A DNA stretch of 64,000 nt. Origin: Lysobacterales bacterium (GTDB taxonomy: Bacteria; Pseudomonadota; Gammaproteobacteria; Xanthomonadales; SZUA-5). The stretch is taken from contig JBFWOF010000035.1 of the NCBI GenBank assembly GCA_050250665.1, positions 1,406 to 65,405 on the forward strand, read 5' to 3'. The position numbers and the translations under genes were made by a program. A model generated the notes under the pieces. The model did no database searches, had not been told where the DNA came from, and saw only the letters and a program-made list of their open reading frames with translations. Within the stretch, counting starts at the first letter, position 1. Each line of letters opens with the position of its first letter. This document shows positions 27,600-35,951 of this stretch, piece after piece.

Positions 27600-28946
27600 A
27601 TGTCTAATTCATATACACCCAGGAGTATGTTTGCCCGTGCTTTGCCTGCCGCGATCGTGCTGATTCTGGCTGGGCCGGCTGCCGCCACCAACGGCTATTT
27701 CGCACTCGGCTACGGCACCAAGAGCAAGGGCATGGGTGGCACCGGCGTCTCGATGTCGCTGGATACCCTGGCGCCCGCGACCAATCCGGCCGCCCTCACT
27801 GGCGTCGATGAACAGATCGACCTGGGTATCGCCTATTTCTCGCCGGATCGCGGCTATGACGTCACCGGCGCGGCCACCGGGGCCTGCCTGTCGCCGCAGC
27901 AATGTACTTTTGGCGTGGGCCCGGAATCCCGGCGCAGTGATCGTGACTATTTCCTGATTCCGCACTTCGGCATTGCCCGTAAATGGAGTGACGAGGTCAC
28001 GGTGGGTATTGCGGTCTACGGCAACGGCGGCATGAATACCCGCTACGTCGGTGGCTCGGCCACGGTCGGTGCGCCGATGGGGACTGTACCTCCGGGTACC
28101 GCATTCACCCTGCCGGGTACCTTCGGCTCCGGCACGGCCGGTGTCGATCTGATCCAGTTGTTTGTGGCGCCCACCTACGCCCGTCGTTTCGACAACGGCG
28201 TCAGCATCGGCATCTCGCCGATACTGGCCATGCAGTCCTTCGAAGCACGTGGTCTGGGCAGTTTTGCGCCATTTTCCTCGGCGCCGACCAAGCTGACCAA
28301 TAACGGTCACGACCGCTCCTATGGTCTGGGTCTGAAACTGGGCATCCAGGCACCGATCGGCGAAAGCGCACGGTTCGGCGCTTCCTATCAGACCAAGATG
28401 TCGATGAGCGAATTCGACAGCTACGCCGGACTGTTCGCGGGGCAGGGCGATTTCGACATTCCGGCCTCCGCCACGGTCGGTTTCTCGGTGGCGGCCAGCG
28501 ATGCCTTGACCCTGGCCTTCGATGTCGAGTGGATCGGCTACGGCGGCGTCGATTCCATCGCCAATCCGATCTTTCCGAATCTGCAGCGCGCTCCGCTGGG
28601 CGCCGATGGCGGCGCCGGCTTCGGCTGGAACGACATGACCGTGTACAAGTTCGGCGCTGCCTGGCAAGCCGATGCCCGGAGCACCTGGCGCTTCGGCTAC
28701 AGCTTTGGCGATCAGCCCATCGATTCCAGTGAAGTCCTGTTCAATATCCTGGCGCCGGGCGTGGTCGAACAGCACTTCACCGTGGGCTACACGCGCGAAT
28801 CGGAAGGCGGCAACAGCTGGACGATCGCGGCCATGTATGCGCCGTCCAAATCGGTCAGCGGCATCAATCCGCTGGACCCGGCGCAGAACATCAAGCTGAG
28901 CATGGATCAGTTCGAATTCGAGTTCAGCTACACCTTCGGTAGATGA
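27600..28946 (+). CDS. FadL/TodX/OmpP1-family outer-membrane channel for hydrophobic compounds
   Basis: Signal peptide ...AIVLILAGPAAATNGYF. N-terminal hatch-type block GYGTKSKGMGGTGVS...APATNPAAL. Beta-barrel-like alternating pattern and a terminal aromatic (..FEFSYTFGR). Confidence 0.75.
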   Translation: MSNSYTPRSMFARALPAAIVLILAGPAAATNGYFALGYGTKSKGMGGTGVSMSLDTLAPATNPAALTGVDEQIDLGIAYFSPDRGYDVTGAATGACLSPQQCTFGVGPESRRSDRDYFLIPHFGIARKWSDEVTVGIAVYGNGGMNTRYVGGSATVGAPMGTVPPGTAFTLPGTFGSGTAGVDLIQLFVAPTYARRFDNGVSIGISPILAMQSFEARGLGSFAPFSSAPTKLTNNGHDRSYGLGLKLGIQAPIGESARFGASYQTKMSMSEFDSYAGLFAGQGDFDIPASATVGFSVAASDALTLAFDVEWIGYGGVDSIANPIFPNLQRAPLGADGGAGFGWNDMTVYKFGAAWQADARSTWRFGYSFGDQPIDSSEVLFNILAPGVVEQHFTVGYTRESEGGNSWTIAAMYAPSKSVSGINPLDPAQNIKLSMDQFEFEFSYTFGR

Positions 28947-29014
28947 CATCGCGCTGGTCCATGCCCGGCGCTGCCTGCAGGAACCTCGTCGGCGGCCATT
29001 CCGGCCGCCGACGG

Positions 29015-29467
29015 TCAGGGTTTGATGTAGGCGGCGCCTTCGGCAATCTGCAGTCGGGCGATTTCAGCGACGCCGGAAGGCACGATCTGCACGTCTGGCA
29101 ACAGGCTTGCGGCGTCGATGCTTCGGCTTTTCAGGGTGTTGCCGCAGACCCGGAATTCCACGCCTTCCAGCATCAGCGGGTCGACCAGCGCGTCATAGGA
29201 ATTGCCGCGGTCGTCGGCGTGACCATCGAGCAGAAAATCGACGCCAGCGCCCAGGGCGACGACCACGATGTGGATGGTCGGATCGGCCGCATGGTGATTG
29301 TTGATGTTGCGCAGCATCGCAATGGCTTGCTTGCTGTCGTCGAGGTGGTAGACGACCGTGCGCTTCGCTTCGGTGGAGCCTTCGGCAATCAGTCCCGAAC
29401 TGACACACAGCGCCCAGCAGGCAAACAGCAGCATTGCGGGCAAGCGGCGATAGGGGATTGGGAACAT
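29015..29467 (-). CDS. Secreted DsrE/DsrF-like family protein
   Basis: 150 aa with a signal peptide. DsrE-like fold blocks VVYHLDD, IHIVVVALGAGVDFL and FRVCGNTL. Confidence 0.6.
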   Translation of the reverse strand: MFPIPYRRLPAMLLFACWALCVSSGLIAEGSTEAKRTVVYHLDDSKQAIAMLRNINNHHAADPTIHIVVVALGAGVDFLLDGHADDRGNSYDALVDPLMLEGVEFRVCGNTLKSRSIDAASLLPDVQIVPSGVAEIARLQIAEGAAYIKP

Positions 29468-29601
29468 TCGGGCGAGCTCCTGAGGGCTGCTGAGGGCTGC
29501 GGAAGGGCGCGTCGGCCAGTCTGCCGACGCAGTGTACCGAAGGCGCCCGGGATTGAACTTGACCGGGCGCGGCGGAAAGTCGTGCGGACTTTGATATGCA
29601 T

Positions 29602-29620
29602 CATGGCTAAATTAGCTATG
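29602..29620. promoter_or_regulatory. AT-rich near-palindrome CATGGCTAAATTAGCTATG in the DsrE-like / octaheme cytochrome divergent promoter region
   Basis: 8 of 9 positions pair. It lies in the only low-GC stretch between the two divergent genes. The core GCTAAATTAG also occurs, inverted, at 14532-14541. Confidence 0.25.
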
Positions 29621-29718
29621 GTGCGTATAAAGAGTCATGAAGGAGCCGTGGAAATTGCTGGCGCGAGTTCCACGGGTCTGCCTGGCCCGCGGCCATCGAC
29701 CGATTTCGGAGCATTGCG

Positions 29719-31170
29719 ATGAAGATGCGCTTTCCAGCCTGGCTGATCGGTCTGATCGTCATCGCCTTGCTGATCGTCCTGCCGACACTCTACTTCCTGC
29801 CCTCGGCAGAGCAGACCCAACTGCCAGCCGCCGGAATTCCCGAGCGCGCGGTGCACGTGGATCACGCCGACATCGTCAAGGGCGATTTCAAGAGCGGGCA
29901 GGAGGTGACACGCGCTTGCCTGGTGTGCCACGAGGACGCGGCGGCCGAACTGATGCGCACCAGCCACTGGACCTGGGAGTCAAAGCCCTACAACGTGCCC
30001 TGGCGCGAAGGCGCCGTGACCATTGGCAAGATCAACCAGATCAACAACTTCTGCATCGGCACCCAGGGCAACGAGAACAAGTGCATGAGTTGCCACGCCG
30101 GCTATGGCTGGGAAGCCGGCCGCGCCGCCCAGCAGGCCAATCCGGAAAATGTCGATTGTCTGGCCTGCCACGCCGACCCCGGCATCTATGGCAAAGGCCT
30201 GTTCGGCAACCCCGCAGAGGGCGTCGACCTGCTGGCTGCCGCCCGAAGTGTGCGTGCCACGACCCGTGAGAACTGCGGCAAATGCCATTTCGATGGCGGC
30301 GGCGGCAACGGCGTGAAGCATGGCGATCTGGACGAGAGCATGTACTTCCCGAGCCAGTCGCTGGATGTGCACATGGGTGGCGAGCACAACCTGCAGTGCA
30401 GCGATTGCCATGTCACCAGGGCGCACCAGATTCTCGGTCGAATCATCGCTGACAACTACACCATCGAGCCTGCCGAGCAGGTCTCATGCACCCAGTGCCA
30501 TACGGGCAAGATCCACAAGGACGAGCGCATCGGCACCCATCTGGCGGCAGTGGCCTGCCAGACCTGCCATATTCCGGCGATCGCGCGGGAAGAGCCGACC
30601 AAGGTGACCTGGGACTGGTCCAAGGCCGCCGATGCCAGCCGCGCCGAGGATCACTACAGCTATCTCAAGATCAAGGGCGAATTCACTTATGAGTCGAATT
30701 TTGCCCCCAGCTATCTGTGGTTCAACGGCAACAACGAGTACCGCTATCTGCTCGGCGACAAGATCAATCCGGACGGTCCCACCTACATCAACAAGCCGGC
30801 CGGCAGCATCAACGATGCCAGGGCGAAGATCTTCCCCTTCAAGCTGCACAAGGCCAGGCAGCCCTACGACAAGGTGCATCAGTACCTGCTGCAGCCGGTG
30901 ACCTCGGGCAAGGACGGATTCTGGACGAACTTCGACTGGAACCAGGCCTTCGAACTGGCGGTGCCGATTACCGGACTGGCCTACAGCGGTGAGTACGATT
31001 TCACCGAGACCTACATGTACTGGGCCACCACCCACATGGTGCAGCCGGCGCGCGATGCCTTGCAGTGCGAAGCCTGCCACTCGGCCACGGGCAAGCCCGG
31101 TCGGCTCGACTGGGAGGCCCTGGGATATCCCGGTGATCCCATCGAATGGGGCGGGAGGAAGCTGCCATGA
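29719..31170 (+). CDS. Octaheme c-type cytochrome, tetrathionate-reductase (OTR) family
   Basis: N-terminal anchor/signal and eight CxxCH motifs (CLVCH, CMSCH, CLACH, CGKCH, CSDCH, CTQCH, CQTCH, CEACH) in 483 aa. Size and spacing match the Shewanella OTR type as I remember it. Confidence 0.8.
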   Translation: MKMRFPAWLIGLIVIALLIVLPTLYFLPSAEQTQLPAAGIPERAVHVDHADIVKGDFKSGQEVTRACLVCHEDAAAELMRTSHWTWESKPYNVPWREGAVTIGKINQINNFCIGTQGNENKCMSCHAGYGWEAGRAAQQANPENVDCLACHADPGIYGKGLFGNPAEGVDLLAAARSVRATTRENCGKCHFDGGGGNGVKHGDLDESMYFPSQSLDVHMGGEHNLQCSDCHVTRAHQILGRIIADNYTIEPAEQVSCTQCHTGKIHKDERIGTHLAAVACQTCHIPAIAREEPTKVTWDWSKAADASRAEDHYSYLKIKGEFTYESNFAPSYLWFNGNNEYRYLLGDKINPDGPTYINKPAGSINDARAKIFPFKLHKARQPYDKVHQYLLQPVTSGKDGFWTNFDWNQAFELAVPITGLAYSGEYDFTETYMYWATTHMVQPARDALQCEACHSATGKPGRLDWEALGYPGDPIEWGGRKLP

Positions 31171-33848
31171 AGCACCACTTTCAGGCGATTGTCCTCCTGT
31201 GCTGCGCGCTCGTCGCGCCAGCCAGCACGCAGGCTGCCGATGGCCCCGGCGCCAATCGACTGCACCCCGACTTTGTCGTGCTGGATGCCAATGGCGTCAA
31301 TGTGCTGGACAGCGGCGCATCCCTGTCGACCATGAAGACCTGCGGTCAATGCCATGACACCGACTACATCGAGAGTCATGCCTTTCATGCCGATCTCGGC
31401 TTGAAGTCTTTCGCCGCCAACGCTGCATCCTGGGACTCCAGCCCCGGGCTGTTCGGGCGTTGGGATCCGCTGAGTTACCGATATCTGAGTCGCAGCGGCG
31501 ACGAGCGTCTGGATCTGTCCACGCCCGAATGGCTGATGCAGCTGGGTGAGCGCGTGGTCGGTGGCGGCCCCGCCATGCGGTCGCGCGCCGGGGCGGCACT
31601 GCCTGACCTGCCACCGGATGGCGCCAACCCGGAGAGCACGCTGCTGGGAGACTCCGGCGAGGTCACACCGTGGGACTGGGCAGCCTCGGGTGGCATGGAG
31701 ATGAACTGCTTCCTCTGCCATCTGGAGCAGCCCAATGTCAGCGCCCGCGCCGAGGCGCTGCACCAGGGCCAGTTTGCGCGCGCCAACACGGCCACCTTGT
31801 CGGGCTTGAACATCGTCGAGGCAGCCGGACAGGCCTGGGCCTGGAACCCGGCAGCCTTCAACGATCAGCGTGAGCTGCAGAGCAAGCTGGTGAACATCCA
31901 GGATCCGACCAACGCCAACTGCGCCGCCTGCCATGGCGAGGTGCACCCGGCCACGGACGAGCCCCTGACCATCAGCGCCTGCGATCTCGACTATCCGCAA
32001 ACAGCCACCACCGGTCAGGTGATTGCCTCGCAGCGCATCAATGCCTCGGGGGTGAATCTGGCCGGCAAGGCGGAGCTGCACCGCTCCTGGGATATCCATG
32101 CCGAGCGCCAACTGCAATGCACCGATTGCCATCACGCACTGAACAACCCGGCGCACCTGAGCCAGACCCAGGGCAACAATCCTGCCCATCTGCGCTACGA
32201 CCCGCGCTCGCTGGAGATCAACGAGTACCTGCGTCGGCCCGATCACAACTTTGCTCGTGGCCAGAGTGCCCAGTTCAATCTGGCACCCGAATACAAGGGC
32301 ACGATGCGCCGCTGCGAGAACTGCCACGACGCGGCTACCAGCCATCAGGCCTGGCTGCCCTATGTCGAAACCCATATGGCAGCGATGGCCTGCGAGACCT
32401 GTCACATTCCCAGGCTGCATGCGCCGGCCATCCAGAGCTATGACTGGACCCTGATCCGCACCGACGGCGCTGCGATCAGCAGCTGTAGAGGTGTCGAAGG
32501 TCCTCCGGGCGATGTCAGATCGCTGGTGACCGGCTACCAGCCGGTGCTGCTCCAGCGCCGCAACATCGATGGTCAGACTCTGCTGGCGCCGTACAACCTG
32601 ATCACCAGTTTCTACTGGGTATACCGGGACAGCGGCGGACAGCAGCGACCGGTGCGACTGATCGACCTGAAGCGGGCCATGCTGAAGGACGGTGCCCACG
32701 CGCCCGAGATCGTCGCCGCCTTCGATACGGACGGCGATGGCCGTCTGAGCGACACCGAACTGGTGATCGTCACGCCCGAACAGCAGCATTTGCTGCAAGC
32801 CAGGCTGAGTGCGCTGGGGCTTGTCGATGTGCACATCGAGGGGCGCGTGCAGCCCTACAGCATCAACCACAATGTCGTCCGCGGCGAAAATGCGCTGAAC
32901 GACTGCCGCGCCTGCCACAACCAGGGTTCCAGGCTGACGCAGTCCATGCGTCTGGCGGATCACGCGCCGGTGCTGCCGGAATTCGTCGCCACCACCAATG
33001 TCAGCGGCAGCGGCGAGATGATCCGCGATCAGGCCGGAGCGCTGATCTATCAACCGCAGCCCGCACAGGATGGGCTGTACATCTTTGGCGCCAGCCGCAA
33101 CAGCTGGATGGACCGTCTGGGGGCCCTGGCCTTTGCCGGCACCCTGTTCGGTGTCTTCGCTCACGGCAGCCTGCGTTACCTGGCGTGGCGGCGACGGCCG
33201 CATGGCGTGGAACACACCCGACGCGTGCGTATGTACGACGCCTATCGCCGCTTCTGGCATTGGCTGCAGGCCACCAGCATCCTGGTGTTGCTGATGACTG
33301 GCCTGATCATCCATCGGCCGGACATCTTCAGCGCTTTTTCCTTCCGCGGCGTGATCACTCTGCACAATGTGCTGGCGGTGATTCTGGTGGTCAACGCGGT
33401 GTTCTCGCTGTTCTATCACCTGGCGACCGAGCGCATGCGCGAATACATCCCGCGTCCGCACGGCTTCTTTGACGATTCCATTGCCCAGACCAGGTACTAC
33501 CTGTCCGGCATCTTCAAGGGCGAACCGCATCCCTTCGAGAAGAGCCCGGACGATCGCATGAACCCGATCCAGAAGCTGACCTACTTCGGCATCCTGAATG
33601 TGCTGTTGCCGCTGCAGATATTGACGGGCGTGCTGATCTGGGGCGTGCAGCGCTGGCCGGAGTTGGCCGGCAGCCTGGGCGGCTTGCCGCTGCTGGGGTC
33701 GGTGCACTCACTGGTGGCCTGGCTGTTTGCCAGTTTCATTGTTGGCCATGTGTATCTGACCACCACCGGCGCGACGCCGCTGGAGGGCATCCGCGGCATG
33801 GTGACCGGTTACGAGGAAGTCGAGGATCACCCCGGGAAATCGCAGTGA
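31167..33848 (+). CDS. Fusion protein: periplasmic heptaheme cytochrome c + C-terminal membrane cytochrome b (PhsC / Ni-hydrogenase-b type)
   Basis: ATGA overlap with the OTR gene and GGGAGGA SD. Signal peptide MKHHFQAIVLLCCALVAPASTQA. Seven CxxCH motifs (CGQCH, CFLCH, CAACH, CTDCH, CENCH, CETCH, CRACH). DTDGDGRLSD loop. The C-terminal ~250 aa carry multiple TM helices with conserved His (RFWHWLQ, TLHNV, SVHSL, VGHVY). Confidence 0.8.
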   Translation: MKHHFQAIVLLCCALVAPASTQAADGPGANRLHPDFVVLDANGVNVLDSGASLSTMKTCGQCHDTDYIESHAFHADLGLKSFAANAASWDSSPGLFGRWDPLSYRYLSRSGDERLDLSTPEWLMQLGERVVGGGPAMRSRAGAALPDLPPDGANPESTLLGDSGEVTPWDWAASGGMEMNCFLCHLEQPNVSARAEALHQGQFARANTATLSGLNIVEAAGQAWAWNPAAFNDQRELQSKLVNIQDPTNANCAACHGEVHPATDEPLTISACDLDYPQTATTGQVIASQRINASGVNLAGKAELHRSWDIHAERQLQCTDCHHALNNPAHLSQTQGNNPAHLRYDPRSLEINEYLRRPDHNFARGQSAQFNLAPEYKGTMRRCENCHDAATSHQAWLPYVETHMAAMACETCHIPRLHAPAIQSYDWTLIRTDGAAISSCRGVEGPPGDVRSLVTGYQPVLLQRRNIDGQTLLAPYNLITSFYWVYRDSGGQQRPVRLIDLKRAMLKDGAHAPEIVAAFDTDGDGRLSDTELVIVTPEQQHLLQARLSALGLVDVHIEGRVQPYSINHNVVRGENALNDCRACHNQGSRLTQSMRLADHAPVLPEFVATTNVSGSGEMIRDQAGALIYQPQPAQDGLYIFGASRNSWMDRLGALAFAGTLFGVFAHGSLRYLAWRRRPHGVEHTRRVRMYDAYRRFWHWLQATSILVLLMTGLIIHRPDIFSAFSFRGVITLHNVLAVILVVNAVFSLFYHLATERMREYIPRPHGFFDDSIAQTRYYLSGIFKGEPHPFEKSPDDRMNPIQKLTYFGILNVLLPLQILTGVLIWGVQRWPELAGSLGGLPLLGSVHSLVAWLFASFIVGHVYLTTTGATPLEGIRGMVTGYEEVEDHPGKSQ

Positions 33849-33917
33849 TGAAGCGAGGAATACGGCCCCGGCTGTGGCGAAAGCGGCAGTCCCGGGCAAT
33901 CAACGAGGAGTAGCGTG

Positions 33918-34463
33918 ATGGCGATGAGATTCATCCAGGCGGTCTTCAAGCGGCAGGAAAAGCCCTATGTGCATCCCTATCTGGCTGGTGCCATCCTGGG
34001 TGTCGTGCTGTTTCTGGCTTTTCTGCTGACTGGCAACGGACTCGGCTCATCGGGGGCCACCAGCCGCATCGATGCGGCCCTGGTCGACATGGTGGCGCCC
34101 GCCCACGTCGACAACAATCCCTATCTGCTGAAAATGGCCGGAGGCGACAAGAACCCGCTGGACGACTGGATCGTGCCGGTGTTCCTGGGCGCCTTGCTCG
34201 GTGGCTTCAGCTCCGGCGCGCTGAATGGACGCCTGCGCCTGACCACGACCAAGGGCCCGAACATCTCCAACGGCATGCGCTGGCTGATGTCATTTCTGGG
34301 CGGCGTGATCTTCCTCTACGGCGCCCGTATGGCCCGCGGCTGTACCTCGGGGCAGGCACTGTCCGGCGGCGCCACGCTGGCTGCCGGCTCGTGGGTGATC
34401 ATGTTTTCGATCTTTGCCGGCGCCTACGCGCTGGCCTATTTCGTGCGCCGTCTGTGGCTGTAG
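33918..34463 (+). CDS. YeeE/YedE-family transporter half-protein A (set 3)
   Basis: GAGGAG 7 nt upstream. Conserved ARGCTSGQALSG loop. Confidence 0.8.
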   Translation: MAMRFIQAVFKRQEKPYVHPYLAGAILGVVLFLAFLLTGNGLGSSGATSRIDAALVDMVAPAHVDNNPYLLKMAGGDKNPLDDWIVPVFLGALLGGFSSGALNGRLRLTTTKGPNISNGMRWLMSFLGGVIFLYGARMARGCTSGQALSGGATLAAGSWVIMFSIFAGAYALAYFVRRLWL

Positions 34464-34493
34464 CGCGGCTACGCAACGATTGAGGAGAAGGTC

Positions 34494-35795
34494 ATGCATT
34501 TTCCACTGGAAGCATTCGGCGCCGTCAGCGCCAGCAATCCGTGGACCTATCTGGTGTTCGGCGCCATCGGCTATGCCTTCGGGTTCACGCTGGAGATGGC
34601 GGGATTCGGCGATTCCCGAAAACTCGCCGGCCAGTTCTATTTCCGGGAACTGACGGTCTTCAAGGTCATGTTCACGGCCATCGCGGTGGCCATGGTCCTG
34701 ATCTGGGGGGCGGTGGGACTGGGGTGGCTGGATTTCAGCCAGGTCTGGGTCAATCCCACCTATCTGGGATCGGGCATCGTGGGCGGACTGATCATGGGGG
34801 TCGGCTTCATCGTCGGCGGCTTCTGCCCAACCACCTCGCTGGCCTCGGCATCCACCGGCAAGATCGATGGCATGTTCTTCATGCTAGGCGGCTTCGTCGG
34901 TGCCTTCCTGTTTGCCGAGACCCAGGGCTCCTACGACCACTGGTACAACCACGCCGGCTATTACGGGCGGCTGACCCTGGATCAGGTGTTCGGCATTCCG
35001 GCACCGGTGATCGTGCTGATCGTGGTCTGCGCGGCGCTGTTCTTCTTCTGGGGTAGCGAGCGCGTCGAGCACGCGGTTGCCGGCAAGAACCTGGCTGCAG
35101 AACCGGGTATCCGCAAGTTCGGCGCTGCAGGTCTGTTGGCGGCGGCGCTGATGGTGCTGCTGATCGGCAGTCCGACACTGGACGATCGCTACCAGAAACT
35201 CAGCTTCCAGCGTACCGAAACCATCGAGCAGGAGAACGCCGAAGCGCTGACCTCGACCCGGGTCTACAGCGCCGACGAAATGCTGGCGAAGCGCCTGGTG
35301 TTCACCTCGCCAGCCGAAGCCTTCAAGGCCCGCTACAACCAGGCGGTCAAACCGATCTTCCTGGATGTGCGCCGGGAATCCGACTACAACCTCTACCACA
35401 TCGCCGATTCCATCAGCGCGCCGCTGGAGAGCCTGGCCGGGCGCGTGCCCGAGCTACTGGCCGAGCCGCCCGGAAATACGGTCATCGTGACCATCAGCAA
35501 CGACGAGTCCGCGGCCGTCGCCGCCTGGAAGCTGCTGGTGGCATCGGGCGTGCCCAATGTCTACGTGCTCGAGGGCGGTATCAATCGCTGGATCGCGTTT
35601 TTCGGCAAGGAGGACAGCCTGTTGCAGCCGCTGGTCGATGCTGCCGATGACGAACTCGGCTACGCCTTCAAGGCCGCGCTCGGCAGTCGCTATCCCTCCT
35701 GCGCGCCTGACCCGATAGCACACGAACGTCTGGAGTTCGATCCGCGCATCGTGCTGCAGCTCAAACGCGACAAGTCCGGTGGTGGCTGCGGGTAG
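34494..35795 (+). CDS. YeeE/YedE half-protein B fused to a rhodanese-like domain lacking the catalytic Cys, ending in GGGCG
   Basis: GAGGAG SD. N-terminal membrane part with GGFCPTTS. C-terminal rhodanese homology (IFLDVRRESDYNLYHIADSI ... VTISNDESAAVAAWKLL ... LEGGINRW) with Ser where the active-site Cys normally sits. Last residues KRDKSGGGCG. Confidence 0.8.
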   Translation: MHFPLEAFGAVSASNPWTYLVFGAIGYAFGFTLEMAGFGDSRKLAGQFYFRELTVFKVMFTAIAVAMVLIWGAVGLGWLDFSQVWVNPTYLGSGIVGGLIMGVGFIVGGFCPTTSLASASTGKIDGMFFMLGGFVGAFLFAETQGSYDHWYNHAGYYGRLTLDQVFGIPAPVIVLIVVCAALFFFWGSERVEHAVAGKNLAAEPGIRKFGAAGLLAAALMVLLIGSPTLDDRYQKLSFQRTETIEQENAEALTSTRVYSADEMLAKRLVFTSPAEAFKARYNQAVKPIFLDVRRESDYNLYHIADSISAPLESLAGRVPELLAEPPGNTVIVTISNDESAAVAAWKLLVASGVPNVYVLEGGINRWIAFFGKEDSLLQPLVDAADDELGYAFKAALGSRYPSCAPDPIAHERLEFDPRIVLQLKRDKSGGGCG

Positions 35796-35951
35796 AGCTG
35801 GTGTCGGTGGTGGGTGTCGGTGCCGGATGAGAGTTCCGATCGCCCCTGGCGGCGCGCTGGTTCGCGGATCAAACAAGGGGCAGGGGGCAGGGGGCAGGGT
35901 ACCCATCTCGCCGCCCGGTCAGAACGATGTGGTGGGCTCGGAGCGAATTTG

